A DNA stretch of 63,069 nt, the filler included, from Craspedostauros australis (taxonomy: Eukaryota): the NCBI GenBank assembly GCA_030167865.1. It is 4 parts of 4 records of this genome, joined end to end, with 100 filler letters (N's around TTAATTAATTAA, not from the genome) between each part and the next. Parts side by side here need not be neighbours in the genome. Positions count along the whole stretch, not along the records: positions 1 to 31,134 come from JALAGF010004989.1; positions 31,235 to 59,194 come from JALAGF010004993.1; 2 more parts are not named here. The stretch is one strand, 5' to 3'. The position numbers and the translations under genes were made by a program. Positions 23,226 through 36,100 of this stretch are shown in pieces. The notes under the pieces were generated by a model. It was given only the letters and a program-made list of their open reading frames with translations, ran no database searches and was not told the DNA's origin. Position 1 is the stretch's first letter, and each line of letters opens with the position of its first letter.

Positions 23226-24688
23226 CACGATCGCCGCGCAAGAGAACTTCGGTGGGTGCGCTTGTGCATGCACCAACACAAGAACAGTACAACAGCAGCA
23301 GCGATAATCAGTAAATGCTCCTTTGATGATGTGACTTCTGAATTGCGACAACATACGATCTGAGTATTATTCTGGGGTACTCTGGAGAGTACTACTCCTC
23401 ATACCATTCTGTGTATGGTCAGCAACCCGTCATCGTTCTACCATAGTATTATATATGCATGCGACAATGTGATGTATTCTCGAAGTAGCGTGGAGTGTAT
23501 ATAGTAGTAGAATAGCTAAGATTAGTATAGTAGCAAGAGATCGGAGGATGGTATGGTATCTCTGGCACATCTCGTTGTGAACTTGCCGGTGCTCTCTCTC
23601 TCTCCAACAGACAGCAGGATTGGGCCAAGGAGAAATCTCGCGCCAAATTTTCGTCACGGCCAAACCAACGACGTGCGCGATGTCGCGTGTTCGCGCGTGG
23701 TGAACTCCCATCCCAAGAATCGGGGGCATGTTGATCGATCACACATGTTTCCCGCGACATCGCGCGCCCTCGCGTCTGTTGATCACAATTTGTCTCGCAA
23801 AACGAATGGAGCAGACCCAATCATTTCGGCTCAGCAGCGGTTCCACAGCGCTGGAGGCTCCCATTCCTGAACTGTACGCTCACACTACTTTATGCTACTC
23901 TGTTGACAACTGGGTGGCAATGCATGCAACGAACGATGGCCGTTTTATCTACCAATAGTCGTTTCATCTTCGTAGCATTGCGCTCTCTATCGTTACCAAT
24001 AGTACATGCTTCAACAGATTGGTCATGGGCAAATTCAGTCATGTGGGCTTCTCCAAACGGATTACGATTGCTTCACTAATGCAATACTAATACTGAACGC
24101 GTAGAGTACGATCTATTCATCATCAACAACGGCACGATGGACTGACTCGTCCCCATGCTGCATTGTCGTTGTTATTTGTTCGAGAATCGGCGCCGTCCGA
24201 TTGATCCGCATCCCTGTGATTGAAGTAAAGTAGTTAGAAGCACGGAGAGGAGGACATCGCAAAAGCGCAGATGTTAGCACAAGGAAGTGTTCCCTCATTC
24301 TATACTGACCAAAAGACGGACGATCATTTGGCCAGCTCAAACAGATGAACCGACGCATGAAACGCATCAGATACTCTTGCAAGGAAAATATTAGGAGACG
24401 TCAAGGATACTGCCGATCCATGAGTCGCTGCATCTTGCATAAACACCGCGCACCATTGGTGCGAGTAGTGCGTCGATGTACGGGAAGGAAACGAAGAGAA
24501 GTGGAAAGGACAAACGAATCTTGCCGAAGCAAACAGACAGAGCATGACGCTGATACATCCACGACACACTGGAGCACAACGAGGACAACAAGCCACGCCC
24601 ACGTGCATCGGCCGGACATACCTGTGCATCCTCCAGAGTAGCGCGCTCGCAACCGCTCTCATCAAGATACGGTCGCACTCCAAACACT

Positions 24689-27600
24689 CTAATCGATACC
24701 GTACACTCGCTTCTTGAGCGCGCTTGGGAAGGTCGCCACGACATCCAGCCACGGCTGTTCGACGATCACCATCTCGTTGGCATCGAGAAAGTCGAGGAAC
24801 AGCATGCTCGTGTAGCGAAGGCACAATGTGCAACCCTTCTGCGATTCTTCGGTCATCGCCTCGACCTGCTTCTTCTTGCGGTCTCCAAGACCGTTGGTGT
24901 TGGCGAAAGCATTCTGGTCATCGTCGTCATCATCTTGCTTCTTTTTGTTCTTCCTTCGCATATGCGCTTGCGGGAAGACTCTGCAGTGCTCTGGCAGCTC
25001 CTGAGTCAAATCGATGACACAGAACATCCCAAACGATCCCTGATGGTTATCAAAGTTCCGAAGAGACAAACGCAGAGTACAATAGAGTGTGGGTAATATC
25101 GTGCATGGTGCGTATACGTATGTGTACATCCACATTGACAAAATCATGTGAGATGGGTGGGGACGCAGAAACAAGTGCACAGCGCAGTATCAATGAGAGC
25201 CCCAAACAGGACAGTGTCGCATTTTTTGTTCGCTGGAATGTGGTACATGTCCCTCCTTACTATACCACATCGATGATCGTGAAGCAATTCTCGACACGGG
25301 CGAAATGGAGGGGTGAATGCTGATGTTGCAAGTTCGGCAAGCCACCAAGATGTGGAAGGTTCATCGTGATGCAATTGCGATCGTGCGAGTGGAGAACAGA
25401 GGAATGCCGATGCTGATCCGTGCATACGTACCATGATCAGCTTGTCGCTGGAGCCAGGGTTGGCGGTCATGCGAACATGGAGCGCCCTCTTGCTCTGCAA
25501 CTCCCGAGGCACCATCGGCAATGGATACCCTTGTTGCTCGTTCCATGACGAGAACTTCTTGCTCTCTATGTCGAAAACGTACGCTTCCGACGCAGGGTTG
25601 GCGACTGCAACCATGGGCTTGTCGTTGCTGCGCAAGAAGGTCAACGCACTGGTTCGGCCATTCACGGGTGGCATCGTCCAGAAGTGTCGGTACATGCCTT
25701 TGACCTTTTTGCCACCGCGCTTCAGGATCGTCGCAGCGTTCTTCGTTTGGCTGGAGAGCGTGGCGATATAGTTCTCGTCGTCACTCACGAAGATGGAATT
25801 ACACGGGAGGGCTGGCCAAAGACGACCACTGTTGGGGACTTCGTTGTTCCCCTCGTCTTTGTGCTGTCTGGGCTGCTGTAGGACGGAGTGCGAGATGGAA
25901 GCTAGGTTGCTGATGGAGCAACAGTGGACATTGCCCAAGGCATCCGTCGCAACGAAACGGTGGTTCTTCAGGAATTTGAGACAAGTGAGAGGTGGGAAGT
26001 TGAGAGTGTCGATGCCGTCGACCTGCTGAGGATCGATGCGCACGACGGCGCCTTCGTTGGTTTCAAGCTCCAGGCGAAAGAGGTAGACTGTGGATGCGTC
26101 GCAGACCAGGAGGTACTTTCCGTCATCGCTGATGGACGAAGACACGAGGTTGGACATGGAGTTGACCTTGACGGAACCCACCCGCTTCGTGGCGGGGTTG
26201 TCCGTTGTGTCCGGTTCCGACTTGCGGATGGCGTAGATGTCCACGCGCTGGTTGCGCTGGATGATAAGCAAGCGTGCATCCTTCGATAATCCCTTCACTG
26301 GCGAAATGGAGGGATTGGGGTAGACGATCTTGGGACGCAACTTGAAGAACCGCTCCACAACGGCCAAGGAGAGCTTGGTGTCGACACCGCCCGTGACGAG
26401 GTACTCGACGAGATCCCCGTTGAAGTCACGAATCTGGCATGTTGTCATGGCCTTGACGTCATGCGTGTGAGGCCGTTGCGCGCCGGTCATGCGCCAAGGA
26501 CCATAGTTACCACCGACGCTGACCTGTCGCTGCAGACACATGACCTTGCTGTCCACGCCGCTGGCGAAGATGCGATTGCCATCGTCAGAGACGGCTAGGC
26601 ACAGCACATCGGCCTGCTGTTCGTTGTGGTCGATGGACTGCAGGAGGGTGCCGCTGACGGCGTCCCAGAACTGCACCTTGCCGATGGACGTTGCGGTCAC
26701 TAATGTGCCGTCGTCGAGCTGCTTGATGGACCAGACACGCGTGGGGGTATCGCGACCTTGCACTTCCACTGTGATGCGGCAGGATCTCTGGATGGAGGTC
26801 GATGCCACCGTGGCACCCTCGCTGCTGTCCAAGCTGGTCTGCAGCTCCACCGCGTACTGTCGAATCGTACTGTTGGCAACACCTGCATAGAGGACGGTGT
26901 TGAGTTTCCTGGAATTGCCGGAGATGGCGCTCTGCTTGCCATCGACCTTCCAGTCCATGGAGAGAATGGCGGATCCCAACGACGGCAACGTCGACACAAT
27001 TTCAAGCGTCTTTCCGCTTGGTCCCGATCGGATCGCGACGATGCGGGCGGAGCCATCTTGACATCCCACGGCAAGCAAGCTGCCGCACTCGTTGAGCTTG
27101 CTGAGGGCGAAGACACCACCTCCACCGCTGGAGATGCGGGAGCAGATCTGCGACGTTTCAAAGTCGACGATGAACAACGATCCGTCCGCGCTGCCGCCCA
27201 CCAAAGTTGGCGATGCCGATGTGCGCGCCTCCTGCATCCATTCGATCGTGGATGCGACCACGTGTTGGCTGCCGGCAACGCGGGCGATGGTCCAGCTCTT
27301 GTCCTCCATCGACTTCAGCTCGACGCTACCATCATTGCGGGCGATGGCGAGGAAGGCATGCGACGTATCGCTGTCTTGAGCAACCTGGACGGCGCTCATG
27401 GCAACGATCTCGTGAGGAATGAACTTGAGATCCCGTATCCTGTGGACCCATGTATTCATGACTGACCCGGTCTTCTTCGACGATGATGATGATAATGTCG
27501 AGCCTTCGTCCGACTTGTCCTGGATGATGTGAGGATTGGGTCGACCGTTGACCTGCTTGAAGGCAGATGAGATCTTCCTTCTCTTCTGCGACCTGCGTCC

Positions 27601-28062
27601 CTGCTTCGATGTCACAGGCGTCAAGGGAGACAGCATAGGTTTGTTCTTGCCTGCATTGGGAGACTTGATCTGGTTAGTCGGTGTCTTGGCCTTCGATTTT
27701 GCAGCGGTCTTCGTGCTGGACTTCGCACTCGTTGGATGCTTTGACCGATTCTTTGCAGAAGGGGTCGTCGCAGGCGTCCTCGATGTTCGCTGATTGGACC
27801 CTCCATCGGTGTTCTTGGATGGTGTCACAAACGGGTCCGTGCTCATCGCACTCTTGCTAGCACGCAACGACGAGCGCTTCCTTCGCTTGCGTTTTGTGTT
27901 TGCATCCTTCTGAGGAGTCTCCACGCTGCTACTGTTGGCATCAAGCCTGTTTGGTGGCACGGTGATAGAATCGACATTGTTGTTCGATACTGACTTCTGC
28001 TTCTCCATCTTCTTTGGCGTTGGCGTCTGCGCCTCGCTGTGCGTAGCATTGGAGGCCGTCAT
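24689..28062 (-). CDS. UTP4: U3 snoRNA-associated WD40 protein UTP4/Cirhin; 2 exons (28062-25432, 25039-24689); start uncertain
   Basis: VHRIRDLKFIPHEI..LAIARNDGSVE N-terminal motif, WD repeats (GKVQFWD, IFASGVDSKV, HTHDVKAM, LVTGGVD) and C-terminal LFLDFL...MVIVEQPW...FPSAL.K.VYG. GTACGT...CAG intron at 25431-25040. Confidence 0.85.
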
Positions 28063-29024
28063 GTCGCAAGGGGAGACGTTGTTGACGACGATGGCGATGA
28101 TAATGATTTGTGCGATGACGGAGATACGGATGGAGTGTTCCGCTCGACGATCTGCACAGATGAGTGGACACCGTGTTGGTTGGTGCCCCTCAAATCGACG
28201 CAAAATCATTTTTCGATTCTCATTTGGTTGATGGGTGGAGCAGGACTCATAACCCATTGCTGATCGATTCGATTGCAACCACCGATTATTCACATTTCGG
28301 TCCTTTGTGGTGGTTCCAGTGTAGGCATGTATCATAGAATGGTGCGTGCCTGCTCTATGTGATGATCAAATAGAGTATCGACCATTCCGGTAGCTGCGCC
28401 CTATTCCTCTTCTTATATTATTGTAACATACTCGTAGAGAGCTCCATAATGCTGCGGTCCTTCTTCAATCGCGATCTCGCAGAGTTCTGTTGTCAGGAGA
28501 TGCTTGCATTAGTAGATCTGAGACGCGTCGCGTCGTCCGCTGAATCAAGTAAATGCAGTTGCGACCGTAGGGAAAAATGCAGCAGGTGCGCCAGTGCAAG
28601 TTCTTTCTATTCCAGTTTGCTTTGGATTACTTCTTGGATATGTAGAGTGTTGTACTTATGCGATGTTATGCATTCTATCATGTGAATTCGGTTCTGTGGA
28701 CGCCTGTGAGGAGCCTCGGGTGCTGGTCAAGATACGCAGTACACTTGATTCCCTCATTGTTTCAGGGACGCTCACGTCCAAAATCCCCTCAGGTTCAAAT
28801 ATCCACTATCATGGATGTGTCATGTTCCACTTGTTGTGCTTTGTTCAATGTTCTGTTTTATTTTGTGTGGATTGATGGTCGAATGCTTTGGACGTTCCGG
28901 TGGCGCAGAAGAGGCAGCGAAGAAGATGATATCATCATCTGCCGCTGATTCAAGCTCTTCACGATTTGAGCTTGGTGTGGAACACGGAGAGGAATAGTGA
29001 CATCCTGCTGCGGAGACAAGCCGC

Positions 29025-31133
29025 TTAACTGCAGGCTGGGCAAGAGCTGCCGCTGGTGATCGTGAAGACTGCAGTGAGAGGCGTGCATGGGTTGGACGCG
29101 GAAAGGTTGTAGTAACAGTAGCTGCATCCGGTGTAGGCTGCAACAGGTGTGTCATTGCACACATTGTTAGAAAGGTTGATGTCTGCGCTCCAGTAGTACT
29201 GGTAGCCCAAGTATCGGCATGAACCGGATGGCACGCAAGTACCATCACCAATCGTTGTATCGCCCTCGAATTGGTTGTATGGGGTGTATGTGGTGGTGGT
29301 GAGGTCGTTCACGTGCGCGTTGACGTACGAGCAGGAGAAATCATTTGAGCACGATTCGGTGCCGACGATCGTGTTGGAGATACGCTTGTTGTCGGTGGTG
29401 CCGTTGCCCTGGGTTGGTGTGGCCGTGGCGTAGCTGGCTGGTCCAGCACCCATGGCAGCGCAGGCGCGTGCTCCAGTGCAGGAAGCGGTGCCGACAATGC
29501 CATCACCGTTGGCCTGCTGGGCGAAGGCATAGCATGCATTGTTTCCGATGCACGATCTTGGCGCAACAACGGAAGCCTTGTTGGTTCCGGAGTTGAAGTT
29601 GAAGTACGCACAGGCGTTATAGTCATTGGCGGCGCCACTGAGACAGGATCCCTGGAAGATGATGGCCTGAGTCTCGATGCTTCTACAGGCAACAACCCCG
29701 ATGCAACTATTGGATGCGATAGAGGCGATGTCAGTCCAGGAGCAGGCCTCGTATCCGACGCAGCATGTGCGGCCTGCTTCGGCACACCAGGAGGTGGCCG
29801 CAGCAGCGGTCCCTGTGAACATCTCTCCTGTGCTGGCGGCTCCTTCAGTGAAGGCCTCGAGGACACCGGCCTTTCCGCTGATGTCGTTGAAGAGAGCGAC
29901 GCCGTCAGCGATGGTGGCCTGGTTGGCGAAGATCTCGAGGAGATCGTTTTCGCTCTGGATCGCAGAGAGAAGAGCAGTACCGGCGGAAGTGGTTGGTGTA
30001 CCGAGGGCAGTGAGGAAAGCTGAAACATTGGAGCCTATGGTTGGAGCCGATGTTGGGGCGCCAGTTGGTGCTGAAGTTGGTGCACTTGTTGGGGAACTGA
30101 CTGGGGCGCTTGTTGGAGCTGAGGTTGGAGCCGAAGTTGGTGCGCTCGTTGGAGCACTTGTTGGAGCTGAGGTCGTTGCCCTTGTCGGGGCACTTGTTGG
30201 TGCTGAAGTCGGTGCGTTGGTGGGTGCGCTTGTTGGAGCTGAAGTCGGTGCCCTTGTCGGGGCACTTGTTGGCACTGGGGTTGGAACCGACGTTGGGGCG
30301 CTAGTTTGTGCCGAAGTCGGTGCACTTGTTGGGGAACTGACTGGGGCGCTTGTTGGTGCTGAAGTTGGTGCACTTGTTAGCGTTGAAGTTGGTGTGCTGG
30401 TGGGTGCTGATGTCGGGACCGAAGTTGGTGCGCTCGTTGGATCACTTGTTGGCGCTGAAGTTGGAGTCGAGGATTGAAGAGCGGGAATGCTGGTTGGTGC
30501 CGAAGTCGGTGCAAAGGTTGGAGCACTTGTTGGAGCCGCGGTGAGAGGAGCGGGCACGCTGGTTGGTGTCAAAGTCGGAGCACTGGTTGGATCTGCGGTG
30601 AGAGGAGCGGGCACGCCAGTTTCTGCCGAAGTCGGTGCTGAAGTCGGTGTACTTGTTGGATCTGCGGTGAGAGGAGCGGGAATGCCGGTCTGTGCCGAAG
30701 TCGGTGCTGAAGTCGGAGAACTTGTTGGAGCTGTGGTGAGAGGAGCGGGAATGCCGGTCTGTGCTGAAGTGGGTGTACTTGTTGGAGCACTTGTTGGAGC
30801 TGTGGTGAGAGGAGCGGGCACGCCAGTTTCTGCTGAAGTCGGTGTATTTGTTGGAGCACTTGTTGGACTTGTGGTGAGAAGAGCAGGCACGCTGGTCTGT
30901 GCCGAAGTTGGTGTACTTGTCGCAGTACTTGTTGGAACCGCGGTGAGAGGAGCGGGCACGCCAGTTTGCGCCGAAGTCGGTGCACTTGTTGGAGCACTTG
31001 TTGGACTTGTGGTGAGAAGAGCGGACACGCCGGTTGGTGCAGAAGTCGGTGCACTTGTTGGAGCCGAGGTGAGAGGAGCTGGCACGCCAGTTTGCGCCGA
31101 AGTCGGTGCACTAGTTGGAGCTGCGGTGAGAGG
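29025..31133 (-). CDS. Mucin-like Pro/Thr/Ser/Ala-repeat protein with a C-terminal Cys-rich repeat domain (5' end lost in gap)
   Basis: ORF is open from the N gap. About 365 aa of PTSA-type repeats are followed by about 330 aa containing recurrent SCxGxxAC-like motifs. Confidence 0.8.
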   Translation of the reverse strand, partial: PLTAAPTSAPTSAQTGVPAPLTSAPTSAPTSAPTGVSALLTTSPTSAPTSAPTSAQTGVPAPLTAVPTSTATSTPTSAQTSVPALLTTSPTSAPTNTPTSAETGVPAPLTTAPTSAPTSTPTSAQTGIPAPLTTAPTSSPTSAPTSAQTGIPAPLTADPTSTPTSAPTSAETGVPAPLTADPTSAPTLTPTSVPAPLTAAPTSAPTFAPTSAPTSIPALQSSTPTSAPTSDPTSAPTSVPTSAPTSTPTSTLTSAPTSAPTSAPVSSPTSAPTSAQTSAPTSVPTPVPTSAPTRAPTSAPTSAPTNAPTSAPTSAPTRATTSAPTSAPTSAPTSAPTSAPTSAPVSSPTSAPTSAPTGAPTSAPTIGSNVSAFLTALGTPTTSAGTALLSAIQSENDLLEIFANQATIADGVALFNDISGKAGVLEAFTEGAASTGEMFTGTAAAATSWCAEAGRTCCVGYEACSWTDIASIASNSCIGVVACRSIETQAIIFQGSCLSGAANDYNACAYFNFNSGTNKASVVAPRSCIGNNACYAFAQQANGDGIVGTASCTGARACAAMGAGPASYATATPTQGNGTTDNKRISNTIVGTESCSNDFSCSYVNAHVNDLTTTTYTPYNQFEGDTTIGDGTCVPSGSCRYLGYQYYWSADINLSNNVCNDTPVAAYTGCSYCYYNLSASNPCTPLTAVFTITSGSSCPACS
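30037..31133. repeat. Coding minisatellite: 12-bp PTSA unit nested in 57/69-bp higher-order units
   Basis: The anchor GTGAGA(G/A)GA recurs at 30541, 30598, 30667, 30736, 30805, 30874, 30943, 31012, 31069 and 31126 (spacings 57 or 69 bp). Confidence 0.9.
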
Positions 31134-31178
31134 ANNNNNNNNNNNNNNNNNNNNNNNNNNNNNNNNNNNNNNNNNNNN

Positions 31179-31190
31179 TTAATTAATTAA
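31179..31190. other. Artificial contig linker (six-frame stop)
   Basis: TTAATTAATTAA flanked by N runs; identical at three sites. Confidence 0.97.
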
Positions 31191-31233
31191 NNNNNNNNNN
31201 NNNNNNNNNNNNNNNNNNNNNNNNNNNNNNNNN

Positions 31234-32176
31234 NCTTCTTCCTCTTCATGTCCATCGTCGGTATGCTCGAGGGTATGCAGATCGCCTTCTTTGCCGTCGC
31301 CAAGCTTCCAAAGGAGGACCGTGGAGACCACCCAATGGCCCGCAAGACCTGCGAGCTCCTCTTCCGCGGTGACGGGCGCAACCTTCCAGGATTCATGATC
31401 GGACGCCAGATCTGCGTGACCATGTGCTTCTTCATCNNNNNNNNNNNNNNNNNNNNNNNNNNNNNNNNNNNNNNNNNNNNNNNNNNGGACGTCAGATCTG
31501 CGTGACCATGTGCTTCTTCATCATCGCCCGTGTCACCACTCTTGATGTCGAGGTGGGCGAAGGCGAGAACATCTTCGGAGTCTCCGACAGCACCCAGGAA
31601 TTCTTCAACACCGGACTTCTCGGAGCCCTCATCACCACCATCATCGCCTCCATCACATGGCAGCTGGTTGCATCCGTCTTCCCAATCGCCTTCCTCTCCA
31701 ACCCAATCGTCTACATCTTCCTCCAGTTCTGTCTGTTGTTGGAAGCCACCGGTATCTGCTCCGGAGCCTGGGTCCTTGCCTCCATCCACAAGGCCGTCTC
31801 TGGCTTCCAGCTCGATGAGGTGTACATTGGCACCCCAGAGGAACGTGCCGCCGGCATGAAGCCAGACCACCAGAGCAACCGCAACCTGCATTTGGGAACC
31901 AACGTCCTCGTCCACGAGGCCGGAGCTGGAAAGATTCCAGCCGAGTACCTCGAGCTCCAGCGTGCCCTTGCCTCGCGCCCAGAGACCTTCTCTTCCCGCC
32001 GCCAGCGCATCCTCTCCAGCATCAAGACCATCCGCGAGAAGATGAATAACAGCGACAAGGAGGAGGATACCTCCAAGTACGAAGCCACCCTCCGTGTGCA
32101 GATCAACAACCTCCAGAAGCTTAACGCCGAGGAAGAGGATGAGATGGCCAACGTGGACTCCGAGATGCACGCCTAA
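31234..32176 (+). CDS. SIT: Silicon (silicic acid) transporter, C-terminal half only
   Basis: MSIVGMLEGMQIAFFAVAKLP and LPGFMIGRQ carry the SIT GxQ motifs, followed by FFNTGLLGALITTI.ASI.WQLVAS.FPIAFLSNP, LEATGICSGAWVL, GFQ.DEVYIGT.EER and a C-terminal coiled-coil-like tail. Confidence 0.95.
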
Positions 32177-33143
32177 ACCGACCGTGCACCACCAATCATG
32201 GCCGAAACAAGGGAGAGTTCAGCGTCGACCATGACCACAGGACATTCACCAACTGAATACTTAACAATGAACTAGTGTACAATGTAACCAAATTTACCCA
32301 GATCACCTCCTTATCATGCGGAAGTTTCACAGTGTCCATGGCAAATAAAATCCAAATTGACAATGGCGAGATGCCACTATTTCGCTGATAGCACGAGGCG
32401 ATGATGCGTTTTCAGATACACTTGCTGAATTCCGGACACTCTTCAATCGATTTATCCCAACCATATTTTAATTTTACCGAATCTCTGTTTTGGATGTGAT
32501 GGAAATAAGTTACAACTCAATATATTTTCTGCGGAGAACGGAAACAGTTTTATTTTCAAGATGAGGGAGATGCGTCAAGTTTGCATTCACGATTATATAT
32601 CGTTGTTTCGCAGTCTAGATCTGAGAGATGTGTCTAGATCGCACGTGGGAGGTGGAGACCCGGATGGAGAGCGAGAGATGTCAACAAAACTCAAAAAGAA
32701 GGAATTTGTTCTTTTTCTGCCACGACAAGAACAAGAAGATGAAACCCGACACGGCGGGACGCCAGTATCACATCATCTGTGCCGCAGTTTCGATACGAGG
32801 CAACGTGAGACTCTTGTCCCGACCGCGAGCACGGTTTGGCGCAAACACTCCAACAGAGCGAGTGGTGAGAAGCAGTGAGAAGTGAGCAGTGAGCCAAAGG
32901 GGAGCAGAGAGTAGAAGAAAGGCAAACAATTGTTGTTGCCACGCAAATACGGCCCACAGAGAGACGTGAGAACGTGTAGTACGGTGCTGGTGTTGGAGGC
33001 TTACATCTTCACAGCCATCGTATTCTGCAACACTGAAATACGAGCACTCTCTCCAAGGAGCATTCTATAATACAGCAACACTGACGTGCACACATACCAG
33101 CACTCCACACAGCTCGTAGAATAGCAGTCTGGAGACGGCAGCC

Positions 33144-36100
33144 ATGATCCCCTGGAAACAGAGGCTGATCGCGTTTCTGCTGCGGCGTTTTCTGGGACCG
33201 TTCCTGGATGATGCATCCAACCAGCAGCTCCACGATTCCATCGATGTCTCCTTCAACGATGGAAGCATCGCTCTCACCAACGTCGGTCTCAATGCGGACC
33301 ATCTCAACACCATCCTGTCATCCAACCCATCATGCTGCCGTCTTTCGATCGTGCGGGCGAGCGTGGAGCGCTTGGTCATCACCTTCCGGCTCCAGGAGAA
33401 CAGCCCTTCCGCATCATCAGCCACCACATCATCAGCGGCATCTGCGATATCAAGCACGTTTGGGACGGCAGCGACGGCGGTAGCAGCCCAATCCAGCATC
33501 GCCTGGAGAGCCATGAAGCTTGGGACGTTTGAGAACGACTCCCCCACCGTCTCGCTGATTGCGGAGGTCGACATCTACGGCGTATCTATCGAGCTCGAAC
33601 CCAGCTTCAGCACGCCACCACCACCAGTGGAGGCTCCGGGTCCGACTCCAGGAGCAGATGATTCACCGGAAGCTCCCGCGCAGGCCAGCCAAGCCAAGAG
33701 CATGATCAGCTCCTACGTCGATGCTGCTCTTGCATCCTTGCAACTGACGCTGCAGATGAAAGATGTGAGGATCCGAATCGTGACCCCCTCCAAGCCAAGC
33801 CAAAGCGAGGTGATGCGAGCAGGACGGAAGCAATGGATGGAGTTTCGCATGTCATCCCTCAAATACCAGGACATGAAAGGACAGAGAGAGTATGACGCCT
33901 CGGGCAAGTCCACTCGTTTGCAGTACAAAAAGACGCTGTCCTTCGGCGACGTTTCCCTGAGATCTGGCGAGGCTGCCGATATTGATGTTGACGCTGACGG
34001 TGACGCTCATGTTGGTGCTGGCGTTGATGGTGGATCTCCGAGCTCGCAGGTTGCACAGGTTGCTGCATCCCAGGAAAGCATCCTATTCCAGGCCAGCGGC
34101 AACGGGCAGGTATTCGTGCGCCTGTTTGGAGCGCAAGAATCGAAAAGCACAGAAGCAGAAGCAGAACCAAACACACAAGCGACGGCGGAACAGCAGCAGC
34201 AACAGCAGCAGCAAACAACGCAGTTACCAGGACCAGCGAAGGCCAAGCCATTGCAACAGGATGTAGAAATATCTCTCAACCAGCGAGTGACGGCTTCTGT
34301 CGATCAAATCTCGTTGGCCAGAGTCCACTCCATCGTATCCCAAGTACTCGGCAGTGACAGAATTGACGCAGACGGTGAGAACTCGGACGGCGGCCTTCCT
34401 CCCATGTCATCGCACACAACTGCCACGTTGCGTCAGCTCCGCGATGGCTCCGACAATGACGACGACGATCTTGAAGCACTCAACGTCATCCTGAAGCAAT
34501 ACAAGGAAGCATACCACCTTGCGGAGAACAATCAGCTGAGAGGCGGTATTCTGGTGCCATCGAACGCATACGAAGGAGACGGCGTTGTGGAAGGCGACGA
34601 AAGCAGCCATGATGATGGTACGTTCGATGTATTCTTCGATGCGAACGAAGGAAGCGCGTACAACTACGCGTCGATACTCAAAGAGAGCATCATGGAAGCG
34701 GCCGGGGCAGCCTCGGCATCAGCATCAGTGCCATCTCCCGCATCAACGTCACCCTCCAAGTCTGATTCAATCCATACAAAGGTCCGTCTCCATCTGCTGG
34801 CGGGGAGTCTCAAAATCAACTTCATCGATCCGCGGTACGGGCCAGCATTCCGTCGTCCAATGGAGTACATGCTGGCTGAATTCGGCGATCTTCACATCCA
34901 ATCATCCATCGGTCCAGCGTCAATGATATCGCAAGTCACCGTATCACACTTCCAGATTGAGGATGCGCAGCTTGACACCTCGTCACCCAATGTGGTGGAG
35001 AGCACGTCTGCTGCTGGCTTGCACTTCTTGGAGGGACGTCTCAAGATCAGCAATATCTTTCGCTTTTCTCGCATGTGTCAAAGTTTGGGGAATGTCACCG
35101 GTGCGGACCCGATGGGCGACGCGGACGGCCTCATCTCGGAGGCACCGTGCGTTTCGGTCAGCCTGACAAAGAGGCTGAAGGGCAATGACACGTCACATCT
35201 GCATTGCGATGTTCAAATGGCGCCCATGGAGATGGCGTATCGCGACCGCACGGTATCAAATCTGAGCACACTTGTGCGAAAACTAACGCAAGGCAATGGC
35301 ACGGAATCAGCACCCGACACAAACGCGACGGCAACGGCAACAGCGTCGTCAACGTCATCGTCGTCATTTGCGTGTTCTTGCGACTCGATCACCATGAAGA
35401 TACCAGTCGGACCAATCGATGATTACGGGCCCATGTTCAATCGATCATACGAAACCTTCCAGGGCGATGTCAACGGCGAAGCGTCCATCGGATGTCTTGT
35501 GGACGGTCTGAGAGTATCGTACGGATTGGACTCAAACGGTTCTGGCATAAGTGGCAAAGTGAGCAGCACTGGAAATGGCGTCGAAGACATCCCTGGGGAG
35601 CAAGTCGTTCTCTCTTCGTCCTGTCACCACATCATCGCATTCGCAGAAGTTCCGGACCAAGGCAAGGGTTTCTCTGCGAAGAACCGCACGCGGCGAGTCG
35701 ACTTCTGCATTGCACGTGGAAGGCTTGAAGTGAATCCCTACATTCCAATTGAGCTCAGTGTCCGGTTGAATTGCACGAAAGCACAAGGCAAAGAATCGCT
35801 GCCCATGGTCCCGGCCATATCATCATTCAAGACCAGGCAGGCTGATGACGATGAGGAAGACGTTGATCGTTTGCTGCTCTCGCCCATCAGCGGTGGCATG
35901 GACGGGCATTCGAGGTATGAATTCAAGACTTCCAGCCCTCAACCGTTGCTGATTGCAAATGCGGAGCGCTGCGGAACGGTGATTTTGCTCAACGTCCCAG
36001 ACGTTGCTGCCGAGATATCAGTTGGCGAATTTTCTTGTCTGCACAAAATGCTCCAAACAATTCAAACGGATGATGGTGAAGTATCCCGTCAGCAGCAGCA

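Noticed and set aside
30037..31133. Regularly spaced repeats resembling a CRISPR array
   Set aside because: The spacers are themselves repetitive, all periods are multiples of 3 and encode PTSA, the context is eukaryotic, and there are no cas genes.
29025..32176. Mucin-like gene next to SIT as a silica cell-wall gene cluster
   Set aside because: The two genes are separated by an artificial contig linker.
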